A stretch of 64,000 nucleotides of DNA from Dehalococcoidia bacterium. Its GTDB lineage: Bacteria > Chloroflexota > Dehalococcoidia > Plut-88900. The translations under genes and the position numbers were made by a program. Within the stretch, counting starts at the first letter, position 1, and each line of letters opens with the position of its first letter. Positions 47,907-56,853 of the stretch are shown piece by piece. The DNA lies in NCBI GenBank assembly GCA_965197585.1, contig OZ240215.1, forward strand, positions 1,376,642-1,440,641. The letters are read 5' to 3'. The notes under the pieces are model-generated. The model was not told the origin of the DNA and ran no database searches. It saw only the letters and a program-made list of their open reading frames with translations.

Positions 47907-48796
47907 TCATCTGTCAATACACGGGGGCCTTGGCCCGGAGTCAGGGTTCTGACCAAACGGGAATCCAGCCCTTTTGCAGTACATTCAGTGACGACCCTTT
48001 GACCTTGTTCAGACCCGTCAACCCGACAAAACAGCGTTGGGCCAGCCCCCGAAAGATGGACCGGCCTGCCCGATGCCTCCTGCAGAATCGACCAGGACCC
48101 GTCGATGCCAGGGAATATCTGGGCAGCGACTCTATCGAAGACGTTGAAAAATGAGTCGTGGGCTATTTCGGAGCCGGCCTCTATTAGTTTGATGAGGTCA
48201 GCGGTCCTGCGACCATCGGTGTGGTCGATGAGGCACAGGGTCTTGTAGGCGATGGCGGTCTTGTTTTCGAGTCGATGGTCCGGGAAGGCGAGCACCAGCC
48301 AGAACGTCGGAGGTGTCTTCACATTCGACACCCGTTCTCCCCTCCCCTCCACCAAGGCAGTCCCCCCTGTCACGAAGAACGGCACGTCCGACCCCAGTTG
48401 CGCCGCCAACTCCTTCATTTCCGCCTCCGCAAGCCCGATACTCCATAAACGGTCGAGGCCCAGGAGAGTGGCCGCCGCGTCGCTGCTGCCGCCACCCAGC
48501 CCCGCCGCCAACGGTATCTGCTTATCGAGGCGGATCTCCGCCCCCGCCGACACCCCCGAAGTCTCCCTGAGCAGCATGCCCGCTCGATAGACCAGGTTGT
48601 CCTGCGTCCCCAGGTCTTCTATCTCAGCCAACACCTTGATTTCGTCGGAGGGGCGAATAGTAAGGGTGTCGAATAGGCTGATTGCCTGCATCACCGACGC
48701 AATTTCATGGTAGCCGTCCAGCCGCTTGCCCAACACTTCAAGTGTCAGGTTCACCTTGCCCGGAGCTTCAATTGTGACCTTCGACACTCCCGTCAC
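47903..48796 (-). CDS. ispE: 4-diphosphocytidyl-2-C-methyl-D-erythritol kinase IspE
   Basis: APGKVNLTLEVLGKRLDGYH and the GHMP motif PLAAGLGGGSSDAAA. GTG 48796 overlaps the rsmA stop (GTGA). The maximal ORF extends to 48823. Confidence 0.9.
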   Translation of the reverse strand: MTGVSKVTIEAPGKVNLTLEVLGKRLDGYHEIASVMQAISLFDTLTIRPSDEIKVLAEIEDLGTQDNLVYRAGMLLRETSGVSAGAEIRLDKQIPLAAGLGGGSSDAAATLLGLDRLWSIGLAEAEMKELAAQLGSDVPFFVTGGTALVEGRGERVSNVKTPPTFWLVLAFPDHRLENKTAIAYKTLCLIDHTDGRRTADLIKLIEAGSEIAHDSFFNVFDRVAAQIFPGIDGSWSILQEASGRPVHLSGAGPTLFCRVDGSEQGQRVVTECTAKGLDSRLVRTLTPGQGPRVLTDE

Positions 48797-49635
48797 CCGA
48801 GCTCCTCCGACAACCTCTCCCACTCTTCGATCGTGAGTGTCGATGGCCTTCTTCGCCCGTCGATACCCACCCGTTCCAAGGCATCCTTCACGAAATCTCC
48901 CTCGGCGTCCAGTCCTTTGACCAGGGAGTTGTGCAACTGCTTCCTCGGGGCCCGGAACCCGGCTTTTGCGACTCTGAAGAAACGGTCCGGGTCGGACACC
49001 AAGGGCTCGGGGTGAACGTCGATAGCCACCACCACCGAGTCCACTTTCGGTTTAGGGTGAAACTTGGCAGCCGGAATGTGTGCCACGATTCTCGGGGCGC
49101 CGTACACCTGTACAGCCAGGCTCAACAGGCCTATCTTCCCGGGCTCGGCTACCATGCTCTCCCCAACCTCCCGCTGCACGGTCACGACCATTTTTACGGG
49201 CTTGTGGTCGGATTCCAGGAAGTGCCGGACTATGGGCGATGCGACGTAGTACGGCAGGTTCCCGGCAACCTTGTAACTGCCATCATTACCCACCAGATCA
49301 CCCCCGTGCTCCCTGAGCAACTGCTCGGGTGCAAAGTCCCTGACGTCGCCTGATACAGTGCGAACGTTTGGGAATTCAGTCAGGTTGGTCTGAAGAAGGG
49401 AGGCAAGGTTGGAGTCGATCTCTACGGCAATGACCCGCCCAAACCTCCGGACCAGGGCCCGGGTCAGGACTCCCGTGCCCGGCCCCACCTCTATGACTAC
49501 TTCATCGGGGCTCGGGTCTGCGGCGTCTACGATTTCCTCGATTATCGCCGCGTCATTGAGAAAATGTTGGCCCAGGGACTTTTTGGCCCACACACCGGTC
49601 ACTTGAGCTCGTTTTCCCGTCGCAGACGCCGACAT
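48793..49635 (-). CDS. rsmA: 16S rRNA (adenine1518/1519-N6)-dimethyltransferase RsmA/KsgA
   Basis: KKSLGQHFL, VIEVGPGTGVLT and GNLPYY motifs. Confidence 0.93.
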   Translation of the reverse strand: MSASATGKRAQVTGVWAKKSLGQHFLNDAAIIEEIVDAADPSPDEVVIEVGPGTGVLTRALVRRFGRVIAVEIDSNLASLLQTNLTEFPNVRTVSGDVRDFAPEQLLREHGGDLVGNDGSYKVAGNLPYYVASPIVRHFLESDHKPVKMVVTVQREVGESMVAEPGKIGLLSLAVQVYGAPRIVAHIPAAKFHPKPKVDSVVVAIDVHPEPLVSDPDRFFRVAKAGFRAPRKQLHNSLVKGLDAEGDFVKDALERVGIDGRRRPSTLTIEEWERLSEELG

Positions 49636-49719
49636 GGCCTCACACTATACCGAAGCCAAGCCGCTGTCTAATCAACCGTTTATGGGAGGTTGAAAAAAGG
49701 GAATCGGAGAGTGTCAACT

Positions 49720-50160
49720 CTACAAGTTCAGAGGCAGTACGCCCAACTGCTTATAGATGTTCATGTTGTCCCGGTATGCGCGGAGGGCCCGGAGCTTGCC
49801 ATCCTTGAACTCGGCGATCTCCATGAACGTCCAGCCGACGCTCTTGCCTGTGCCCGGGATGCCCTTGAAGTCTCCCTGGTGAGTACCGGTCACCGTGGCC
49901 TCGGCGGCGGCCCAGTTCCCGGACGCTATTATCATTTTCCCCGTAATCTGTGAGTCCGGGAATGCCTTCCACCATTCCTTCAGCGCCGCCACGAACAGGT
50001 CCCTGCCCTCGACAGGCGACGGTTTGGAGGCGTCGTGGAACTGGAAGTCATCGGAGCAGAAGGCTCGGAATTTTGCGGGATCGTGGCTGTTGAAACAGAC
50101 GAAAACGTTTTCCAGAAGGGCTACGGTCTCAGCATCTCCGACAGACGGTACGTTACTCAA
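49720..50160 (-). CDS. SnoaL-like / NTF2-fold protein (ester-cyclase-like)
   Basis: 146 aa with GTHQGDFKGIPGTGK...EIAEFKDGK, typical of the SnoaL polyketide-cyclase-like family. Confidence 0.7.
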   Translation of the reverse strand: MSNVPSVGDAETVALLENVFVCFNSHDPAKFRAFCSDDFQFHDASKPSPVEGRDLFVAALKEWWKAFPDSQITGKMIIASGNWAAAEATVTGTHQGDFKGIPGTGKSVGWTFMEIAEFKDGKLRALRAYRDNMNIYKQLGVLPLNL

Positions 50161-50186
50161 GGTTATCTCCGTTCATTTAGGCAGGG

Positions 50187-51026
50187 CTACATGCCCAGCA
50201 CTTTCTTGGCATTCTCCAGCATAATCAAGGGTCGGGCTTCATCCCAGAAGGGCGCTCCCTCGAAGTCCCGGACCCATCGCTCGGGGGTGAGGGCCGGGTA
50301 GTCCGACCCGAACAATACCTTGTGCTTTATCAGTGTGCTGGCGTACTGGATAAGCAAGGGATTGAAGTACTTGGGAGACCAACCTGAGATGTCCATATAT
50401 ACGTTCGGTTTGTGCACCAGCACTGCCAACTGCTCCTCCACCCAGGGGAACGCCTGGTGGGCCATTACTATGGTCAATTCCGGCAGGTCGGCGGCTACGT
50501 CGTCGATGTAGGGGATGGGCTTGGTGTATTTCAGGTGGACGCCCCCTCCCCCCGGCAGCCCAGCCCCGACTCCCGTGGTCCCGGTATGGAACATGGCTAT
50601 CATGCCCAACTCAGCAATTTTTTCGTAAATCGGGTAGAACCTGCGGTCGTTTGGGTAGAACTCCTGGGTCATGGGTATGAACTTGATGCCCTTCATGCCC
50701 AGTTCCTTGCCCGCCCGCTCGACTTCCTTTACCGCAAGCTTGCCCATCCACGGGTCGACCGATCCGAACCCGATGAAGGTATCGGGGTATCGCCGGCTGA
50801 TCGATGCAACCCAGTCGTTGCTGTCCCACGCGTCACCCTGGGCTGTGCGGTCGTCGTTGGCCAGGACCACGGCCATGTAGTCCAGCTCCTTGTACTTGGC
50901 CGCCAGTTCTTCGAGCGTAAGCTCCGGGGGCGACTTGAAATACGTGGCCATTGCCGTGTGGAACCGAGTCGGCGGCGTCCCGGGCTCCTTGGGGGGATGG
51001 ATGTGGAAGTCTATAGCTTTGGGCAC
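50187..51026 (-). CDS. Amidohydrolase-2 family metal-dependent hydrolase (TIM barrel)
   Basis: AIDFHIHP..., MFHTG..., VMAHQAFPW..., FGSDYP motifs. GTG start lies 7 nt after AGGAGG. Confidence 0.85.
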   Translation of the reverse strand: MPKAIDFHIHPPKEPGTPPTRFHTAMATYFKSPPELTLEELAAKYKELDYMAVVLANDDRTAQGDAWDSNDWVASISRRYPDTFIGFGSVDPWMGKLAVKEVERAGKELGMKGIKFIPMTQEFYPNDRRFYPIYEKIAELGMIAMFHTGTTGVGAGLPGGGGVHLKYTKPIPYIDDVAADLPELTIVMAHQAFPWVEEQLAVLVHKPNVYMDISGWSPKYFNPLLIQYASTLIKHKVLFGSDYPALTPERWVRDFEGAPFWDEARPLIMLENAKKVLGM

Positions 51027-51051
51027 GGGCGGCCTCCTGGGGAGAAATTTA

Positions 51052-51322
51052 GATCGTGCACCCCCCGTCGATCAAGTCCCCTTGGCCTGTTGTCCGCCGC
51101 CGGGCTCAGACCAGGCGACCCTACGGCACCCAGAATTGACCGCTTACCGTTGCTTCCTTCCGGACCTGGCGGGGTTCACAGTTTTCTGCCGCGTAGGACC
51201 CAATCTTCAGCGCCCGCCGAACGGGTACAGCGTCCGAAGGTCCAGGACCTCTAGGGGGAATTCAGTCCCGCTTTAGCGGATTGCGGGTTCAGGGCACCGC
51301 TAGCTCCCCACCTAGCACGACC
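51052..51322 (-). ncRNA. ffs: Signal recognition particle RNA, long (Bacillus-type, Alu-domain-containing) form
   Basis: The minus strand reads GGUCGUGCUAGGUGGGGAGCUAGCGGUGCCCUGAACCCGCAAUCCGCU... The domain IV core is CCAGGUCCGGAAGGAAGCAACGG, and the sequence continues ...GAUCGACGGGGGGUGCACGAUC. It is collinear with B. subtilis scRNA (271 nt). The 5' GGUCGUGC pairs with the 3' GCACGAUC. Confidence 0.9.
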
Positions 51323-51329
51323 TGGACAT

Positions 51330-51358
51330 ATGTTATTTGACGCCCATTCCGGTGTCAA
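51330..51358 (-). promoter_or_regulatory. sigma70-like promoter of the SRP RNA gene (TTGACA-17-TAACAT)
   Basis: On the minus strand, -35 TTGACA is at 51358-51353 and -10 TAACAT at 51335-51330. The predicted start, about 7 nt downstream, coincides with the SRP RNA 5' end. Confidence 0.65.
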
Positions 51359-51448
51359 TTAAAAGACGGATATGTGACAGCGCGTGTCTCGGTAGCTGAG
51401 CGCCCCGCCAAAATGATCCCGTTCACATAGAGGGGTGACATATCCCCC

Positions 51449-51477
51449 TTGACTTTATAAGACAGGTGTTCTATTAT
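51449..51477 (+). promoter_or_regulatory. Near-consensus sigma70-like promoter (TTGACT-17-TATTAT) driving non-coding element B
   Basis: -35 at 51449-51454 and -10 at 51472-51477. It is homologous in position to the promoter at 20717-20746. Confidence 0.6.
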
Positions 51478-51483
51478 TGGGCC

Positions 51484-52135
51484 AGTCTAGACCCGACACT
51501 CACCTTAAGGAGGTAACCACAACCCAGGGAAGCCCACCCGGCCCCACCCGAGGACTCAACGTCTAAGCCCATCCCAAAGGGCGGCCCACAAGCCGCCCCA
51601 CGGCTCAAGCAAACGACGCCATCTCCTCATCCCCACCGGGTCCCGTGCACCCTTCCCTGACCCCCAGGCGATGGAAAGACGCCCTGGTTCGCTATCGTTC
51701 CATGTGAACCCCCTCTAAGACGCTTCAGCCTCTTACAGGGAAAATCTCCCTTGGGAGTAACCTGCTCTTTAGAGCGGAATTGCAGTCGGATAGGCCCGGC
51801 GCCGAGGTCCTCTCGGTGCCCCGACTGCTCAATAAAGCCGGGAGCCGGTGGTCCCTGCGCTCCGGGTCGCACCGGCAAACTTGGACACATTACACCTGCA
51901 AGAGGCTCACGCCGGACGCTGGACGAGCCTCCTTGCCGCCCTTATGCGGTGCAGCCAACCCCCGGAGTCGGGCTCGGACCTGCTGGCCCTGTCGGTCCCT
52001 TCCCATGTCCAGCGTATACAGGGCCACAGGCCGCAGCAGCGGCAAAAGCGGGCCGGACGCCCTTGCCCCGGGGCGTCGGAGCACCCGAAGCACATGAACG
52101 GGGGCATCGTCCAGCAAGCGTCTTCCATCGTCAAC
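51484..52135 (+). ncRNA. Candidate large structured ncRNA, copy B (unclassified; 3' end uncertain)
   Basis: Its 5' domain is homologous to 20765-20947. A long-range helix pairs 51669-51682 with 52118-52130. The 1.0-kb gap has no credible ORF. Confidence 0.45.
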
Positions 52136-52495
52136 CCAAAACCCAACAGACAGAACTGAAACCGAACCCCCACAATCGAAGATGCTGCAAGTCCGTCGTA
52201 GGCGGGGAACATCCTCCTCTGGAGGATCCGCCACTGGAGGACTGAAGAAAAGGCCAGTGTGTCACTAATCTGCCGAACGAGTACACTCAATTGAGCCGGA
52301 GTCCCATTTGTGATAACCTAGCGCCCGTCGGGGCTTGGAACCATTGGCCCGGGAAAGCGACGTCAGACAAGCAATACTACGGTTATTTCCTCGCAATTCC
52401 TCCTCCAAGCGGACCTTACCCGACAGGCGAAAGCCAACTACAGCTGAATCCGGCGTTGCGCCAGGTTCAGACTCACATCATGATGGGGTAAGGCA

Positions 52496-53569
52496 TTGGC
52501 TAAGGCCGGAAGGCTAGCCGGTAGCGTCATAGGCGCAATAGTGGCCGCCCTGCTGGGGCTGGGCATCGGCCTTTCTCTTTCAGAAGCCGGCATATTCGAA
52601 GGCTGGAACACCTGGATAACCCTTGGCGCGAGCGTTCTGGGATTTGGGTTTGGACTAATTGCCACCGCCCTTGTAATCATCCCTGGAGTGCAAAGGGCAG
52701 CCGGGAGCCTCTCGTCCCTTCGGCCGGAAGTTGCCTTCTCGGGGACCGTAGGTGCACTGGTCGGAGTAGTCCTCTCAGGCGTCTTGATCTACGCCTTTGC
52801 GGTGGCATCTCTTGCCTACCCCTGGAATGCCATAACCCCCGGCCTGCTGGTGCTCACACTGGCTGGCCTCGGGGGCTGGGCCAGTGCATCCAGGGCCACA
52901 CAGGTGATCTCCATGCTCGCCCGAGGCACTATCCCGGAAAGGGTCGCCGCCCCGGCATCCGTTAACGGGGCACAGAACGGGCGCTGCATCCTTGTCGACA
53001 CGTCCGCGATCATCGATGGACGCATCGCCGAGATCACCCACACCGGTTTCGTAGACGGCGATCTTCTCATACCTCGATTCGTTCTGGAAGAACTCCAGTA
53101 CGTCGCAGATTCCCCGGACAGCCTCAAGCGCAATAGAGGCCGCAGGGGTCTCGACGTCCTCAACCAACTCCAGAAAGACAGTAACGTGGAAGTCCAGATT
53201 ACCGAGATCGACGTCCCCGACCAGGACGGCGTCGACAGCAAGCTCGTGAGCCTGGCAAAACGCTCCGATTACTCACTCCTCACCACCGACTTCAACCTGA
53301 ACAAGGTCGCCGAGCTTCAGGGCATCAGGGTTCTCAACATCAACGACCTTGCCAACTCCCTTAAACCAACGCTCATACCCGGTGAGGAGCTGAATCTCCA
53401 CATCACCCAGGAGGGCAAGGAGGAGACCCAGGGAGTCGGGTTCCTGGACGACGGCACCATGGTAGTCGTCGAGGGAGGTCACAAATACCTGAACTCCCAG
53501 CTGCCGGTGGTAATCACGCGGGTGCTGCAAACCTCGGCGGGCCGGATAATCTTCGCCCACTTGAAATAG
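52496..53569 (+). CDS. Membrane-anchored PIN/TRAM-domain protein (YacL-like)
   Basis: N-terminal TM helices, a PIN domain (ILVDTSAIIDGRI..., LTTDFNL), and a C-terminal TRAM-like domain. It lies upstream of ispD-ispF, as yacL does in Firmicutes. Confidence 0.8.
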   Translation: MAKAGRLAGSVIGAIVAALLGLGIGLSLSEAGIFEGWNTWITLGASVLGFGFGLIATALVIIPGVQRAAGSLSSLRPEVAFSGTVGALVGVVLSGVLIYAFAVASLAYPWNAITPGLLVLTLAGLGGWASASRATQVISMLARGTIPERVAAPASVNGAQNGRCILVDTSAIIDGRIAEITHTGFVDGDLLIPRFVLEELQYVADSPDSLKRNRGRRGLDVLNQLQKDSNVEVQITEIDVPDQDGVDSKLVSLAKRSDYSLLTTDFNLNKVAELQGIRVLNINDLANSLKPTLIPGEELNLHITQEGKEETQGVGFLDDGTMVVVEGGHKYLNSQLPVVITRVLQTSAGRIIFAHLK

Positions 53570-53574
53570 GGGCT

Positions 53575-54294
53575 GTGGTAGACCAGGAGCGGCCCCCGGC
53601 ACCCGACCAGTCCGTCGGCGCTTTGGTCCTCGCCGCGGGGCGCAGCCAGCGAATGCAGGGTATCGACAAGACCTTCGCCTCCATCTTGGGTAAGCCACTC
53701 ATCCTCCACACTATTTCCGTTTTTCTCGACTGCCCCGACATCCGGAGGGTTGTACTTGTCCTACCCGAGCCAAATATCGAAAAGGCCCGCGCTCTGCTTG
53801 AAGGGCTCAATAATTCCGGGAAGCTCACGCTGTGCGCCGGAGGTGAAAGGCGGCAGGACTCCGCAACCAGGGGCCTCGACACCCTTGGACAGTGTGGCTG
53901 GGTCGCCGTTCACGATGGCGCACGCCCTTGCCTTTCCCCTGACATTCTCCAGCGTGCACTTGCCGACGCCCGACTTCACGGCAGCGCCGTCGTCGCAGTT
54001 CCGGTGACCGACACCGTAAAACGCGCAGATTCCGAAGCCTTCATATCTGCTACCGTGACCCGCGAAGGTCTCTGGGCCGTTCAGACTCCCCAGGTATTCC
54101 CCTTCGCCGTGTTGGAGCGCGCCTATCGAGAAGTTAGCGATAACGCTACCGACGACGCCTCAATGGTCGAGCGGCTGGGCGTTAAGATAAAGTTGACTCC
54201 CGGTTCTCCGACCAACTTGAAAGTAACCAACCCAGAAGACCTGAAACTCGCCGAGATGATCCTCAAGTCCCGGGGCCAGGCCTCAGACAGGTAG
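53575..54294 (+). CDS. ispD: 2-C-methyl-D-erythritol 4-phosphate cytidylyltransferase IspD
   Basis: ALVLAAGRSQRM...DKTF, VAVHDGARP, and PVTDTVK motifs. Confidence 0.92.
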   Translation: MVDQERPPAPDQSVGALVLAAGRSQRMQGIDKTFASILGKPLILHTISVFLDCPDIRRVVLVLPEPNIEKARALLEGLNNSGKLTLCAGGERRQDSATRGLDTLGQCGWVAVHDGARPCLSPDILQRALADARLHGSAVVAVPVTDTVKRADSEAFISATVTREGLWAVQTPQVFPFAVLERAYREVSDNATDDASMVERLGVKIKLTPGSPTNLKVTNPEDLKLAEMILKSRGQASDR

Positions 54295-54308
54295 CCACTC
54301 AGAAAATT

Positions 54309-54797
54309 ATGCGCATAGGAATGGGAATCGACGTTCACGCCCTTGTCGAGGGCCGACCCCTCATATTGGGTGGCGTCACCGTACCGCACTCTCTCGGACT
54401 GTCCGGCCACAGCGACGGAGACGTTCTCACCCACGCCGTGGTCGACGCTCTCCTGGGGGCGGCGGGGATGGGGGATATCGGGGGCCGGTTCCCGTCCTCC
54501 GACGACACCTACAAGGACGCAGACAGCCTGACTTTCCTCTCCGCCATTGCCCCGGAACTCGCTAAGGCAGGTTGGAGCATCGAAAACGTGGATGCTACAA
54601 TAATCGCCCAACGGCCCGCCCTTTCCCCATTCGTCAAGGAGATAGCAGCAAACATGGCTCGGGCCCTGGCCATAGACCCAAACCAGATCAACGTAAAGGC
54701 CACAACCAGCGACCGGCTGGGAATAGCCGGCAGAGAAGAAGGGATAGTAGCTTTCGCCGTGGCTCTCCTGGAACGGCAGAAGCCCCCCGACCGGTAA
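54309..54797 (+). CDS. ispF: 2-C-methyl-D-erythritol 2,4-cyclodiphosphate synthase IspF
   Basis: MRIGMGIDVHAL...GHSDGDVLTHAVVDALLGA..GDIG motif. Confidence 0.95.
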   Translation: MRIGMGIDVHALVEGRPLILGGVTVPHSLGLSGHSDGDVLTHAVVDALLGAAGMGDIGGRFPSSDDTYKDADSLTFLSAIAPELAKAGWSIENVDATIIAQRPALSPFVKEIAANMARALAIDPNQINVKATTSDRLGIAGREEGIVAFAVALLERQKPPDR

Positions 54798-54802
54798 CGC
54801 CA

Positions 54803-56281
54803 ATGCAAATCTACAACACCCTGACCCGTACTAAAGAGGAGTTCGTCCCCCTGGGCGACCCCGTCAAGATGTACGTCTGTGGCATCACTCCTTACTCGGC
54901 CTCCCACGTAGGCCACGCCATGAGCTACATCACCTTCGACGTGGTCCGCCGCTACCTCGAGTGGCGCGGCTACAACGTGCTGCACATCCAGAACTTCACC
55001 GACGTCGACGACAAGATAATCGATCGTTCCGCATCCATCGGGTCTTCACCGAAAGACCTCGCCGAGGGCCTGATCCAGGACTATTTCAACGAGATGGACG
55101 CCCTTAACATCAAGCGCGCCCACATCTACCCCCGCGCAACCGAGGAGATCGCCAAAATCCTCGAGATGACCCAGGGCCTGGTAGAAAACGGGACCGCATA
55201 CGCAGTCGACGGAGACGTCTACTACCGCATCAGCAGCTACGCCGACTACGGCAAACTCAGCCACCGCACCCTGGAAGGCATGATGTCCGGGGCACGGATC
55301 GAGGTCGACAACCGCAAAGAGCACCCGATGGACTTCGCCCTGTGGAAAGCCGCCAAACCCGGCGAACCTTCCTGGGAAAGTCCTTGGGGCCCCGGCCGAC
55401 CCGGCTGGCACATGGAATGCAGCGCCATGTCCCTCAAATATCTCGGGGAGAGATTTGACATCCACGGCGGCGGCCTTGATCTGATATTCCCCCACCACGA
55501 AAACGAGATAGCACAGACCGAGGCTTTCACCGGCGTATCCCCTTCCGTACAGTATTGGCTCCACAATGGCCTGCTCCAACTTGATGATGAGAAGATGAGC
55601 AAGTCCCTCGGGAACCTGGTAACCGTCAATGAGGTCCTCGACGGCCATTCCGCCGACGCCCTACGCCTCTTCTTCCTAGGTTCCCACTACCGCAGCCCTC
55701 TCAGCTTCAGCGAACGCGGTCTCGAAGCGATGGAGCGGGGCGCAACCCGCCTTCGGAACGCCGCACAGCAGGCGGACGCAGGACAAGGCAACGGGGTTCA
55801 AGTCTCCACCGACGGCTACCGTGAGCGATTCATCGAGGCCATGGACGACGATTTCGGCACCTCCCAGGCCCTCGCCGCACTGTATGACCTAGCCCGCGAC
55901 ATTAATCGCGGCGCCGACTCAGGCTCGAATGTGGCAGACGCCGTAGTAATGCTTCGGGAGTTGGCCGGTGTCCTGGGCCTCACCCTCGAAGGCCAGACCG
56001 CCGGGTCCGGCGTCGATGACAAGAACTTAGCGGAACTGGTCGAGCAGGTGTCCTCCAATTTGGAAGCTGCCGGTCAGATGGAGACTGCAGGACAGCTTTC
56101 AGCCAGCCTTTCTGGCGAGAGCTCGGGGCCCGACGATTACGTCAAAATCCTGATAAACGTGCGGGAAAAACTTCGCAAGAGTCGGGAGTTCGCACTAGCC
56201 GACCAGATCCGGGACTCCTTAACTGAAAGGGGCGTTGCCCTCAAGGACTCACCTACCGGCACCACCTGGGAGTTTGTCTAA
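54803..56281 (+). CDS. cysS: Cysteine--tRNA ligase
   Basis: MYVCGITPYSASHVGHA (HIGH), KMSKSLGN (KMSKS), and WHMECSAM. ATG 54803 lies directly after the ispF stop. The longer track ORF (from 54572) overlaps ispF. Confidence 0.95.
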   Translation: MQIYNTLTRTKEEFVPLGDPVKMYVCGITPYSASHVGHAMSYITFDVVRRYLEWRGYNVLHIQNFTDVDDKIIDRSASIGSSPKDLAEGLIQDYFNEMDALNIKRAHIYPRATEEIAKILEMTQGLVENGTAYAVDGDVYYRISSYADYGKLSHRTLEGMMSGARIEVDNRKEHPMDFALWKAAKPGEPSWESPWGPGRPGWHMECSAMSLKYLGERFDIHGGGLDLIFPHHENEIAQTEAFTGVSPSVQYWLHNGLLQLDDEKMSKSLGNLVTVNEVLDGHSADALRLFFLGSHYRSPLSFSERGLEAMERGATRLRNAAQQADAGQGNGVQVSTDGYRERFIEAMDDDFGTSQALAALYDLARDINRGADSGSNVADAVVMLRELAGVLGLTLEGQTAGSGVDDKNLAELVEQVSSNLEAAGQMETAGQLSASLSGESSGPDDYVKILINVREKLRKSREFALADQIRDSLTERGVALKDSPTGTTWEFV

Positions 56282-56331
56282 CCGGAGCCCTTGGCCCGCC
56301 AACCCGTCCCAAGGCCACTCTTTGAGATTCC

Positions 56332-56778
56332 ATGTACAGGGAAATAGAAGTCCCGCCCAAGGTTACCCCCGACGACGACTCCGGCTATTTTGAGGAGCTA
56401 ACCAAAGCCATCTTCCGCTCGGGCTTCTCTTGGCGCGTGGTACGCAATAAATGGGCCAATTTCCGGGCGGGGTTCGACGACTTCCACATCTTCAAGGTCG
56501 CGGCCTACGGAATTGAGGAGATGGAGCGGCTCTTCCAGGACGAGGGGATCGTCCGCAACCGCCGCAAGATCATTGCTACGGTGGAAAACGCCAGAAAGTG
56601 TCGGGTAATCGTCGCTGACCACAGCTCCTTCTACAACTACCTCCGCTCCATGGACGAACTCGACTACCGGGCCAAGGTGAAGGCCCTCACCAAAGAGTTC
56701 TGGGGTCTCGGGAACACGGGCGCTTTCGTATTCCTGCATTGCGTCAACGAAGACACGCCGACCTGGGATGAGCGTTAG
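56332..56778 (+). CDS. tag: DNA-3-methyladenine glycosylase I-like (Tag family)
   Basis: YFEELTKAIFRSGFSWRVVRNKWANFRAGFDDF is typical of the Tag/Adenine_glyco family. Confidence 0.8.
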   Translation: MYREIEVPPKVTPDDDSGYFEELTKAIFRSGFSWRVVRNKWANFRAGFDDFHIFKVAAYGIEEMERLFQDEGIVRNRRKIIATVENARKCRVIVADHSSFYNYLRSMDELDYRAKVKALTKEFWGLGNTGAFVFLHCVNEDTPTWDER

Positions 56779-56798
56779 CTTCTCAACTCCGAATAACA

Positions 56799-56829
56799 AT
56801 CGGGCGGCTGGCCAAGCCAACCGCCCGAT
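56799..56829. terminator. Hairpin between convergent genes (possible bidirectional terminator)
   Basis: atcgggcgg-c-tggc-caa-gcca-a-ccgcccgat. A T-rich tract follows on the plus strand (gattctctcttt). Confidence 0.45.
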
Positions 56830-56853
56830 GATTCTCTCTTTGGCCCGTTGCGG

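Noticed and set aside
51627-52517. Several 60-164-aa ORFs on both strands inside non-coding element B
   Set aside because: They overlap one another in different frames, have Pro/Arg/Gly-rich composition, and none has a counterpart in copy A. They look like by-products of GC-rich structured sequence.
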